Source: Candidatus Aldehydirespirator sp. (GTDB taxonomy: Bacteria > Actinomycetota > Acidimicrobiia > Acidimicrobiales > Aldehydirespiratoraceae). Taken from it: 64,000 bases of DNA. The stretch is taken from contig CBDCMW010000002.1 of the NCBI GenBank assembly GCA_965219165.1, positions 422,706 to 486,705 of the forward strand, written 5' to 3'. The notes below the pieces were generated by a model. The model made no database searches. It had not been told where the DNA came from and saw only the letters and a program-made list of their open reading frames with translations. Numbering within the stretch: the first letter of the stretch is position 1; every line of letters begins with the position of its first letter. The position numbers were made by a program, and so were the translations under genes. Positions 35,801 to 44,017 of this stretch are shown here, piece after piece.

Positions 35801-36140
35801 GCTCGGCGAGAGGCAGCATCGTCAGCCGCCCGACGTCCTCGAGGGGCTCTATGCCCTCGGGAGTCAACTTGCGAACGTTCTGGCGGGCGATCGCCGCGTT
35901 GGAGCAGACGTAGATGATGTCGTGCCGCGCGTCTCCCGTGCGTCGGAGGTGGTCGATGACTTGGGCGATCACGCCCTTGGCGACGTGGGTCTTGCCGAGG
36001 CCGACCTCGTCGGCAACCAGGAACCGGATGGCGGGATCCTCATCGGCGAACATCCGCTGAAAGGCCCAGCGGGCGGTCCGCCGCTGGAAGTCCTTCAGGT
36101 CGGCCAGAACCGCATTCACATCGATGTGTTGTGCAGTCAT
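32850..36140 (-). CDS. Large SF2 (SNF2/RapA-like) helicase-related protein
   Basis: 1096 aa. Motif I ADEVGLGKT, motif II VVLDEFQRF, motif III LLLSATPY, C-lobe SIGQEGLDFH and QREGRVHRYKG. ATG overlaps the upstream PLD stop (ATGA 36140-36137). Confidence 0.85.
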   Translation of the reverse strand: MTAQHIDVNAVLADLKDFQRRTARWAFQRMFADEDPAIRFLVADEVGLGKTHVAKGVIAQVIDHLRRTGDARHDIIYVCSNAAIARQNVRKLTPEGIEPLEDVGRLTMLPLAELDDGDDGQTGVNLLAITPGTSLKFGHQTGRFGERCLAYTFLRAHWGASVMNAPARRIFWHGIRAGDPDGRLRWVERQYRPRITGSLDEFAELLAELDESRTARGKPTVRELFENLAGKLAWKRKFPHELQPRRKELIGEVRSIMARVGIAALQPDLVVLDEFQRFKDLLQPEPDNFAAKLAHRLFDYRDPETGRATRTLLLSATPYRMYTTADEIDVNHYEDFLATCSFLFQDSARVDRLQHLFSALRSALTSAESLSSAEAICGSIGAELRGVMARTERLAATPDRDGMLRELDTEAPVKPDDLRAYLRFGSLAETVKHHEPTEYWKSGPYLVNFMERYKLKEGIVQAAADGRFADDVGLDPGPGLLNWDDIEAYQRIDPQNGRLRWLLHDLDQRRAFELLWIPPSMRYYDTGSVYESREAASLTKRLIFSGWAVVPKVVSSMVSFEAERRAFAARSHNYTADYGRRGGQRLAFRTTERSSGGPRPGEAVAGRRAAAMTAFLLTWPSLSLAELGDPRPRALDGRRRVSEVLADVAAEVAKAVEPLVGAAPAAGAVDQRWYWAAPLFLDQRLHQSATDLLLAPGSAERWEGERAGSGLRAHLAEARAMVEYGPEALGRCPDDLVEVLAELAVGGPAQCALRMISSVTGLPISDDFVVVNAAWVGAAFRSFFNAPEVTAVVVGGGSEEPDTDEGGGLYWRDVLRHSIDGNLQAVLDEHAHVLRDWLGYLSLVDDDRRLEAADDIGYTVAEALELRTSSFRVDIPSRQRNGHDIEFHRYRMRTRFAVAFGHQTLDEGGEVRIESVSRAFNSPFWPFVLTSTSIGQEGLDFHLWCHAVVHWNLPSNPVDLEQREGRVHRYKGHAVRRNIAATLGPDLLAKGMAPGVDPWNELFAMAATDTPTDDGEMVPYWVFHEGPARIERHVPVMPFSRDEAVLPQLRKTLAAYRLAFGQPRQEELVEFLGADRSDEDLLELASRLRINLSPPE

Positions 36141-37945
36141 TGAGCTTCGGCTCCGGTCTCGGCCACCTGAAGGATCATCGTCCAGAGTTCGGCGAATCCT
36201 TCAGGCAGTGCATCGTCGGCGGCCAGGTCCGAGACGAGGGGATGGAGTCCGACGAGCTTCGCAGGGTCCCGTCGCATCGTCCTCAGCAGCTTCTCCAGCA
36301 CTGGGAGGCTCAGCGGGTTGGGTCCCCCTTCAGGAGTCTCGTTGCCGAGGCGGTCGACCGCGGTCATCAGGCTGATCTCGCCTGTGTCCTCGTCAAGCAG
36401 AGCCATGAGGTAGCGGAAGAATCGCTCGGCGTTCCCGATGAGCATTCGCAGCAGCAGTCGGTCACGCTGCTCGGGCACGCCGATCAGCGGGACAGGGACG
36501 ACGAAGCTGCTCAACGCACCATCCTCGGCCGCCAGCTCGAAGGCGAGGAAGCCGCTGAGGTTCTCGAGACTGGTCTCGAAGCGCTCCCCGAGGGGCTTGC
36601 CCTTGGCAACTTGGTGCCGATTCCCGGCCGATGTGAGCGGCCAGCAACAGATCTCCACGTGACTGGGTGCGGGAATCGGTTCGGTCGTCCGGTAGGTGAC
36701 GGACCATCCGGCACCGCTCTCCTCGACGCGCCCGTCGATCCGAAGTCGAGCGATGGCCTGGCGCCAGCGATCGAGCGACGAATCCCCGTTCGGCCCGTTG
36801 TCCGTGGACCGGCGGTAGTCGTAGTAGAGGTCGCGCAGACCCGGCTCATCATCGGTGCCGTCGCAGAGCCGGTCGATGCCCAGTGCGGCGGTGGATCCGA
36901 CCAGTTCCACCAGGATCTCGACGTTGTTGGCGAACGCAGGGCCGGTCGCGTTGGCGGACCCGAGGAACAGCCTCGCTCGGCCGCTCACCTCGAAGGCGAA
37001 GATCTTGGCGTGCAACCCGACAAGGGGTCGACCCGGATCGAAGGGTGACCGACGCTCGTCTTCAACGTCGAGGTCCGGAGCGCTCCCGTCGTCGAAGGCA
37101 TGCACCTTGGCCACCTCGGACAACGACTCCGCTTCGAGGCGATCAAGCTGTTCCGGTCGGCTGACCAACTCGTCGATCTGGGTCGGGTGCACCCTTGTGA
37201 AGAAGTCGTTGCTCACGAACGGCGAAATGATCAACGATCGCTCGGCGTCGGACGGCAGTGGCGAAGGCGTGCCGGTCAGGCCCAGAACATGAACCCGCAG
37301 ATCGTCGGCACCCGGCGGCAGAGCGAACCTGGCTCCTTGCAGTGCTGCCGACAGCGAGCGTACGCGTTCTTGATGGTCGGTCGAGACACGACCTTCCGAG
37401 CTTTGGAGCAGACCGTCGAATAGTGCGCCCACAGGTGCCAATAGCACCCCGGACGAACCTGCTGTTTCATCGAGGCGGACCATGGTGTCCCAGCTCTCAT
37501 CGAAGGTGAGGTTGCGGCTGGAGACAAGCACCCGGAGGCGCCTCTCGCGTGGGTGGTCGTCTGGCGGATCGCCCCCCGCCTCGTACCGGAGGACCCACAC
37601 CTTGGGATGGACGATTCCACCGCGCCGGGCTGCAACAGGGACAATTGTCCGCTCGAGAAAAGCGAACACCCGGCGCGACGATGGCAGGGCGATCTCGCCG
37701 ACCTGGCTGAACACGGTCAGCTTGCCGGCATGGGACCGCAGCGCATGGATCAGCTCGATGGGCTCGAGGGCGCCGCCGTCAGTACCATCGGCGTTACCGT
37801 GCCCTGCGAAGGCCAGAGCCGCAGGCGCAGCCAGGAGCGCCCGAAGGTCGAGGGTGTAGGTCACCGCCATGGCCGATTCGAGGCTGAAGCCGGCCGGTGG
37901 CCGCATCGCATCGATGAGAGTGGATCGGTTCGCAGGTTGCAGCAT
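36137..37945 (-). CDS. Phospholipase D-family (two HKD motifs) nuclease-like protein with uncharacterised C-terminal half
   Basis: ATG at 37945-37943, the in-frame Met20 of track ORF 36137..38002. HKD-like motifs HPKVWVL...VSSRNLT and HAKIFAFE...GSANATGPAF. Its start shares one base with the stop of the upstream ORF. Confidence 0.8.
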   Translation of the reverse strand: MLQPANRSTLIDAMRPPAGFSLESAMAVTYTLDLRALLAAPAALAFAGHGNADGTDGGALEPIELIHALRSHAGKLTVFSQVGEIALPSSRRVFAFLERTIVPVAARRGGIVHPKVWVLRYEAGGDPPDDHPRERRLRVLVSSRNLTFDESWDTMVRLDETAGSSGVLLAPVGALFDGLLQSSEGRVSTDHQERVRSLSAALQGARFALPPGADDLRVHVLGLTGTPSPLPSDAERSLIISPFVSNDFFTRVHPTQIDELVSRPEQLDRLEAESLSEVAKVHAFDDGSAPDLDVEDERRSPFDPGRPLVGLHAKIFAFEVSGRARLFLGSANATGPAFANNVEILVELVGSTAALGIDRLCDGTDDEPGLRDLYYDYRRSTDNGPNGDSSLDRWRQAIARLRIDGRVEESGAGWSVTYRTTEPIPAPSHVEICCWPLTSAGNRHQVAKGKPLGERFETSLENLSGFLAFELAAEDGALSSFVVPVPLIGVPEQRDRLLLRMLIGNAERFFRYLMALLDEDTGEISLMTAVDRLGNETPEGGPNPLSLPVLEKLLRTMRRDPAKLVGLHPLVSDLAADDALPEGFAELWTMILQVAETGAEAQ

Positions 37946-39207
37946 CAGGTTCCGGCCTCCGCCATTGCAAGATCTTGGAGGTAGGTCTTGGTGATGGACC
38001 ACCGGTAGTCGAGTTGGCCGCCGATGGGCGCCTGGGTCCAGTCCTCCAGGGCGGCTCGGTGGGACAGCCGGGCCCGCTTCGACTTGAGTCGCCGCTCCCG
38101 CTCGCGGATGAGCCGGTGGACGTCTTTGTTCTCGGCGAACCCGGTTGGGTCGTTGACGGCGCGTCGGGCCATCTGATCCCAGAAGTGCAGGGTGCTGCGG
38201 GCGATGCGGTGGTCGGCCAGGAGTTGCCAGAACTCCGGAGCGTTGCTCACCCAGGAGAGCAACTTGTCATTGCGGTTGTCGACCAACTGACTCCAGTCCT
38301 TGAGTTGGCGTAGCTGGTCCTCTTCAAGATTCTCCGTGTCCCAGCCGAGTTCGTTGCTCGCTGCCCGGGCTGCCAGCACGTTGTAGACGAGCCGTGGTCC
38401 GAGGGTCAGTTCCGAGAAGCAGCGGGCATGGTGCAGAACCTCGACGAGACGGGCGCGGAATTCGTGTACGTCCACAAGCCACGGGTAGTCGACGTCGAAC
38501 ATCACGCCGGGCTTTGCCGACAGGACGGCTATCAACGTGTCCGGATGCCGCCGCCGGATGCCGTCTGCCAAGATCTGTGCCTCGTCGGGCTGGAGCCGGA
38601 AGTCGATCTCGTCGCTCGGGTCGATCTTGCCGCTCGGGTCGATCTTGCCGCTAGGGAAGTCTTTCGGAGCTGGCGGGAGATTTGCCCACATCGACACCCC
38701 TGCCTTCGTGGCGTTGCCGTCGTCGTCGCGTTCGGGCCGGAGCCGCCCGTTGGTGGCTGCCCGCTGCGCGTACTCAGCGAGGCTGAGGTTGAGGCGCCTG
38801 ATGCCCCAAGCCTCCATGCTTCCCCAGTAGATGTCGCTCGGCATTCGCCTCAGGCTTCGGTGGGCGACGCGGCCGATCACCCCTTGGCCCGGCCCGAGGG
38901 GTGATAGACGATCGATTAGCTTCGCCTCAGCGTCACGAAGCCTGCGGGCGAAATCGGCCGCAGAGAGATGCTGATCTTCGAGACTCTTGAAGATCCAGGG
39001 CAGGAAGATGAAGTAGCGCAACCTCGTCTGGACGGTCGAGGTGCCTGGGCTGAGCATGTCTGAGAAGGCGTCCCGTATTGAGCCCAGACCGAGCACGTCG
39101 AGGGTGCTGGGCTCATCGAGCGAGCGCAGGAGGGTGCTCACGCGCTCACTTGCGGCTGCATCGAAGTCAAGCCAGCCCGCTGACGAAGCTGGCGCGTAAG
39201 TGTTCAT
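37945..39207 (-). CDS. Uncharacterised 420-aa protein, first gene of the PLD-helicase operon
   Basis: Long ORF with coding-like GC3. No motif I can assign. Contains a 3 x 18-bp in-frame repeat (PSGKIDPSGKIDPSDEID). Confidence 0.6.
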   Translation of the reverse strand: MNTYAPASSAGWLDFDAAASERVSTLLRSLDEPSTLDVLGLGSIRDAFSDMLSPGTSTVQTRLRYFIFLPWIFKSLEDQHLSAADFARRLRDAEAKLIDRLSPLGPGQGVIGRVAHRSLRRMPSDIYWGSMEAWGIRRLNLSLAEYAQRAATNGRLRPERDDDGNATKAGVSMWANLPPAPKDFPSGKIDPSGKIDPSDEIDFRLQPDEAQILADGIRRRHPDTLIAVLSAKPGVMFDVDYPWLVDVHEFRARLVEVLHHARCFSELTLGPRLVYNVLAARAASNELGWDTENLEEDQLRQLKDWSQLVDNRNDKLLSWVSNAPEFWQLLADHRIARSTLHFWDQMARRAVNDPTGFAENKDVHRLIRERERRLKSKRARLSHRAALEDWTQAPIGGQLDYRWSITKTYLQDLAMAEAGT

Positions 39208-39398
39208 CAGTTCCAGTCAAGCACCGATGTACGACAGGCGACCGCCATGCGGCACGTTGAACGTCTTGACGGAGGGACTGAGGGGAAGAGGTTGAGCAGA
39301 GATGAACCCGGCCTATGGCGATCAGGCGACCTTGAGAGCGCTCGCTTGCCCACACCGGCACCAGGAGACAGTGATATTTAGATATTATTCAGCCCTAT

Positions 39399-40622
39399 TT
39401 GTCATACCCCCTGCATATGGTTGCCGGCATGGAATTGATAGTCGATTCGGGTCGGGTGACGTGCGCTCGGGGCGGGGCTTGCGTCGGGGATGCCGCGCTG
39501 GGCTCGTTGAGCGACGCGGAGCTCACCGAGCGGCTGGTGCAGCTGGGTCGGCAGCGGTCCCGGACCGACGCCATGCTGGCTGAGACCGCCGCGGAGATGC
39601 ACCGGCGTGTGGGCGGGCGGGGGGCGGCGGCGATGATGCGCGAAGGGCTGCATGTCTCGGCGCGCCAGGCCACCGCCGATGTGGAGCTGGCCGCGTCGCT
39701 GGATGAGTTCCCCGCGACGCTGGATGCTTTGCGTGCCGGGGAGATCACTGTGGGCCATGCCCGGGTGATCGCCAGGGTGGGCGCCGACCCCGAACACGCC
39801 GACGAGCCCGCCTTGTTGGAGATGGCCCGGGGCTATCCGGTGGACATGTTCGCCCGTATGACCCGCCAGTACATGAGCACCCAGGACTCCAGCGCCGAGC
39901 ACAGCCGCCAGCGCCAGAACCGGTGGGCGTCGCTGGTGCAGGATCCCGACGGGTCATGGCGGCTGTCGGCGTACTACGACCACTGCACAGGCAAGCGCAT
40001 CAGCATGGCATTCGAGCAGATGGTGCGCACCTACCGCGACGGCGAGGGCCCCCACGAGCGGGTGACCTACCAGCAGCGCCGCGCCGACGCTTTGGCCAAC
40101 TTGATCACCGGCGAGGGAGCTTTCGGTCGCCCCAAGACAACGATGTTGGTGATTGCCGACTACGACGCCGCCTCACGCGAGCTGCGTGACCTGCGCTATG
40201 ACGACGGCCTGCCGGTGCCCGCCGATCAGATCGCCCGCATCGCCGCAGAGGCGAAGATCCTGCCCGCTGTGTTCAGCGCCGAGGGCGACCCGCTGTGGCT
40301 GGGAAGAACCCAACGCGACGCCAGCGCTGGCCAGCGCATGGTGCTGGCGGCCCGTGACGGCGGCTGCGTCAACTGCGGCTCCCCAGTCGAAGGAACCGAA
40401 CCCCACCACATCGAATGGTTCTCCCGCGGCGGCCCCACCGACATTGACAACCTCGCCCTGCTGTGTGAACGCTGCCACCACCTGATTCACGACGACAACT
40501 GGCAACTCCACCGCAACAACGGCCGACACAGACTCCAACCACCGGCACATCCCCGGCCCCAGCCCGGACCCGCTCCCGGCCCGGCTGCCCGTGCAGAGCA
40601 GAACCTCGTCCTGCGAAACTGA
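39399..40622 (+). CDS. DUF222/HNH endonuclease-domain protein (actinobacterial 13E12-type family)
   Basis: 407 aa. N-terminal DUF222-like region (LSDAELTERLVQLGR..., GEITVGHARVIA). C-terminal HNH: CVNCGSP...HHIEWFSRGGPTDIDNLALLCERCHHLIH. Confidence 0.85.
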   Translation: MSYPLHMVAGMELIVDSGRVTCARGGACVGDAALGSLSDAELTERLVQLGRQRSRTDAMLAETAAEMHRRVGGRGAAAMMREGLHVSARQATADVELAASLDEFPATLDALRAGEITVGHARVIARVGADPEHADEPALLEMARGYPVDMFARMTRQYMSTQDSSAEHSRQRQNRWASLVQDPDGSWRLSAYYDHCTGKRISMAFEQMVRTYRDGEGPHERVTYQQRRADALANLITGEGAFGRPKTTMLVIADYDAASRELRDLRYDDGLPVPADQIARIAAEAKILPAVFSAEGDPLWLGRTQRDASAGQRMVLAARDGGCVNCGSPVEGTEPHHIEWFSRGGPTDIDNLALLCERCHHLIHDDNWQLHRNNGRHRLQPPAHPRPQPGPAPGPAARAEQNLVLRN

Positions 40623-40728
40623 CGGTGACCTTGCGCGCTCTGGGAGTGGTCCGACGGGTTCCACGCTCTGCCGCCTTGGCCGCGCCAGCCCTGACAGCGA
40701 CGGCGATGGACCCTATGATGCCGGTGCA

Positions 40729-43083
40729 GTGTCAACCTTCGGGACCGTGGCGACTGGCCCTCGAACCCAGGCGCAGCGGTCGAGGCGCCGCGGTCGGGAG
40801 TTGCGTCGCCCCGTGATCGCCCTGATGGCGACGGCGCTGCTGGTGGCCGCTTGCTCGAGCGAATCGGGCCCCGGGGCCGTTGAAGATCAGGCCGACGCGA
40901 ATGGGGGCGAGCACGAGGAGGCTCCGATCACCGTGGCGCCCGACCGCGAGGCTGAAGGCGAAGCGACCACGGGGGCGACCCTCGACGATTCCAAGGTCGA
41001 GGCTCCGAGCGCTGCTGAGGAGGTGGGGGATCCTGGCGGCGCGGAAGCGCCCACCTCCACCATCGACGTACTGGACGACGCGGGACGCGCTGAAGAGCCG
41101 CCCACCTCCACGACCTCCCCGGCGGAGCAACCCGAGGTGGACGAGGACCAGCCGATCCCGGCTGCGGAACAACCCGAACAGCCGGTCGAGCCCGAACAGC
41201 CGGACCAGTCTGGAGAAGTAGTAGAGCCCCAAGAGCCGAGCGAGTCAGAAGAGCCCGAGCAGATCGAGGGGCCCGAGCAGATCGAGGGGCCCGAGCAGCC
41301 CGAGCCGGAGCCTGTCGAGCCGACCCCGATAGCCGAGGTCATCGTCTCGGGCTCGCCCGCGCCCGAATGGCCGTTCCGCGGGCTAGTGGAGACTGACTTC
41401 ATTTGGGACTCCGACGTCTACGTCATTCGATACCTCAGTTCCAGGGATCGGACCATCACCGAGACCACGGTTACAGGATTGATCCATAACGGCTATTGGT
41501 ATGGTCAGATAGGCAGCGTGAGCGAGGCGGGCGTCACCGTCTCAGCGACACGCGGCTCCGAACGTGTTCAAATCGTGTTGCCCTGGGGTGAGACCGCCAC
41601 GGTTGTGCCGCGAGGTCAGTACCCCGACGGGGATGCCTCATGGCAGGACATCCGGCTGTCCGTCACGAGCTTGACGCACGGATACGTCATTGGCGGCACG
41701 CCGTTCGACGTCAGTGTTCACGGCAACGGCGTGCGTGTTCAAGCTGGCGAAGCAGCCGCCAATTACGAGTACTACTCCGGTGATGGCGACCCACCGGAGA
41801 ACCCCGAGCTGTACGGCGGCGCCCTTGACTCCTGGACCGACGTGTACTTCATGGGCACTGACGGCGAGTTTGTGGCATTCGCGACCAAGCCCTACGAGCC
41901 GGCCGGTGCTCTGCCGACCGCGTACCTGCTGTCGATGCGCACCGGTGAGGTGTTGGCGTGCGGACTCTCGGGCTATGACCTCGTTCTGGTTCAGCCGCCG
42001 CACGAGGGACTCCTAGTGGAGCAAATCACACTGCCGAACAACCGCCAGCTTCACTCTGATGAGCAGTGCGGTGAGCGGTCGGCGAGCCTGGCCGAGCTCT
42101 GGGGGTCGCTGCCGCCGTCAGGGGCGCCATACCCCCCGAGACAGCCGGGACCCGAGCCGGCGCCCCTGCCGCTCGCGACCGCGCCACCGTGGCCGTTCCG
42201 GGGTGCCGTGCTGGCGTTGCAGCGATACGCCCCGACCAGCTTCAGTTACGAGACGGTGCTGCAGTACTATTCCTCCGAGGACGGCTCGGTCACCGAGCTC
42301 GTGTTCGGACCGATGCGCACCCTCAGCAGGGACCTTGCCATCGACGCCAACGAGCACGCGGTGGAAGTGTCACGGTACGGCTGGGCGGTCAGGGTCCCCT
42401 GGGGTGAGGTGGCCCAACTCTTGGAGGTGGATCTCAACCGACCCAGAACCGCCCGCGCCACTGCCTTCCCGACGCTCCTACAGTTCGGCCCGAGCCACGC
42501 CGAACTTGAGATCGAATCGGTCTATGCCCACGCGCTAGTCACCCGGTTCTCGGCGCCAAGGGAGCAGTCCTGGTACGTCTGGTCTGCGCCCGATGAGAGC
42601 CGGATCGACACAGAGCTGGAGATCAGCAGCAGACCGCCTGTCTTCCCGTTCTGGCTGCGTGGGACCGACGGGCGTATCGCGGCGATCAGCCAGCGAGGTT
42701 CCGGCGAGGACTGCGCATACATGTGCAGTCCAGTGCTCACGGTGCTGATCTCGCTCGAGACGGGGCAGGTGCTGAGCTGCGGCTGGGAGTCCGACGGCGT
42801 CCATGCGCTGGTCTTCGTAGCGCCGACCGGTTCGAACATGACAAGCAATTTGACCCTTCCGCCGTCCGGTTGGCTCGACCCTAGCCAGTGCTACACCCAT
42901 AGGACTGACGCATTCGGTAACTGCTCGTGGTTGGCTTACAGCAAGGACGAGCCGAGATGCAGCCGTCACTTCGAGTTGGCCCCGCTGTCCGACGGCATCG
43001 CCGAGGTGTCGTTGGTTCCGGCCCGCATACAGGTTGACCTGGACCGGCGGAGGCTGCTGATCCAGCCCGCGCTCAGCGGGTGA
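40729..43083 (+). CDS. Large secreted lipoprotein with acidic Glu/Pro-rich linker and two homologous ~250-aa modules (unknown function)
   Basis: Candidate GTG at 40729. Basic n-region RSRRRGRELRRP plus VIALMATALLVAAC lipobox. Modules begin APEWPFRG / APPWPFRG and contain TGEVLACG / TGQVLSCG. Confidence 0.6.
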   Translation: MSTFGTVATGPRTQAQRSRRRGRELRRPVIALMATALLVAACSSESGPGAVEDQADANGGEHEEAPITVAPDREAEGEATTGATLDDSKVEAPSAAEEVGDPGGAEAPTSTIDVLDDAGRAEEPPTSTTSPAEQPEVDEDQPIPAAEQPEQPVEPEQPDQSGEVVEPQEPSESEEPEQIEGPEQIEGPEQPEPEPVEPTPIAEVIVSGSPAPEWPFRGLVETDFIWDSDVYVIRYLSSRDRTITETTVTGLIHNGYWYGQIGSVSEAGVTVSATRGSERVQIVLPWGETATVVPRGQYPDGDASWQDIRLSVTSLTHGYVIGGTPFDVSVHGNGVRVQAGEAAANYEYYSGDGDPPENPELYGGALDSWTDVYFMGTDGEFVAFATKPYEPAGALPTAYLLSMRTGEVLACGLSGYDLVLVQPPHEGLLVEQITLPNNRQLHSDEQCGERSASLAELWGSLPPSGAPYPPRQPGPEPAPLPLATAPPWPFRGAVLALQRYAPTSFSYETVLQYYSSEDGSVTELVFGPMRTLSRDLAIDANEHAVEVSRYGWAVRVPWGEVAQLLEVDLNRPRTARATAFPTLLQFGPSHAELEIESVYAHALVTRFSAPREQSWYVWSAPDESRIDTELEISSRPPVFPFWLRGTDGRIAAISQRGSGEDCAYMCSPVLTVLISLETGQVLSCGWESDGVHALVFVAPTGSNMTSNLTLPPSGWLDPSQCYTHRTDAFGNCSWLAYSKDEPRCSRHFELAPLSDGIAEVSLVPARIQVDLDRRRLLIQPALSG

Positions 43084-43984
43084 AGATGAGTTGGAACTCC
43101 ATGATGCCGTTGTCCTCGACCGAGACGACTATGGGCGCGGTGGGAGCACGGACGCCGTAGTCGCTGAAGACCACATGGCTGGATCCGACAGCCACGATGG
43201 TGTCACCCACGAGCTGGGCTTGCAGGTCGAACACGGCGGTGTTGGTGACTCCCTTGATGGTGAGTTCGCCGTGGACCGAGCCCGAGAAGGCCTCTCCTTC
43301 GGCCATCCCGGCGGGCAGCTCGACCGGCGCGGTGAGCGTGAACGTGGCCAGCGGAAACTCGTTGGTGTTGAGAGCCCGGCGGACTTGGCCGTCGCGGCTG
43401 CCGTTGTCGGTCTTCAGTGTGGACATGGTCACCTCGACCGTGGCCGCCACCAGCGCGGTGCCGGTCAGCTCCATCGATCCGGACACGTCCGCGGTTCGTC
43501 CAACTGCGGTGAAGTCGCCGATCCCGCCGGCCAGCACCTCGTTCACCCGGAACCCGGCGAAGCTAACCACAGGCTCGCCCTGCAGGTCGACAGTGCCCTC
43601 GGCCACCTGCGCGGCCCATACCCCGGCCAGGCCGCCCACCGAGTCGGTCGTCTGGTCGACCGATGCCGTCTCGGCGCCGGTGTCTTCGGTGTCTGTCGCG
43701 GTCTCGATGCCGGTGGCCGGAGTGTCGTCGTCGGTGGTGTTCGATGTCGTGCCGACGTCTTCGCTGTCGTCGGGGGCTGGGCTGTCGTCAACGGATGTTC
43801 TGGCGGACGGCGTGTCGGTGCTGTCGCTGCTGGCCTCGGCCGCTTCGATCTGGGCCACGGTCGTTCCCAGATCGACGGCTTCGGGAGCCTCGTCCCGCTG
43901 GAACCACCACAGCAGCCCGGCCACCACAGCCAGCACGACCACCGCAGCGACGGTTACGACGATGCTCCTCAAGCGCCTGGTCAT
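43073..43984 (-). CDS. YceI-like domain protein with N-terminal membrane anchor
   Basis: 303 aa. TM IVVTVAAVVVLAVVAGLLWWF, acidic linker, then YceI pattern (VSFAGFRV..., STLKTDNGSRDGQV, GELTIKGVT). Confidence 0.8.
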   Translation of the reverse strand: MTRRLRSIVVTVAAVVVLAVVAGLLWWFQRDEAPEAVDLGTTVAQIEAAEASSDSTDTPSARTSVDDSPAPDDSEDVGTTSNTTDDDTPATGIETATDTEDTGAETASVDQTTDSVGGLAGVWAAQVAEGTVDLQGEPVVSFAGFRVNEVLAGGIGDFTAVGRTADVSGSMELTGTALVAATVEVTMSTLKTDNGSRDGQVRRALNTNEFPLATFTLTAPVELPAGMAEGEAFSGSVHGELTIKGVTNTAVFDLQAQLVGDTIVAVGSSHVVFSDYGVRAPTAPIVVSVEDNGIMEFQLIFTR

Positions 43985-44017
43985 GTGGGGCTCTCCTTGC
44001 TGTCCTGCCGGTTCGTT

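Noticed and set aside
39399-40622. DUF222-HNH gene as an insertion sequence or homing element
   Set aside because: No terminal inverted repeats, transposase or intein/intron context are visible. It is reported as a gene only.
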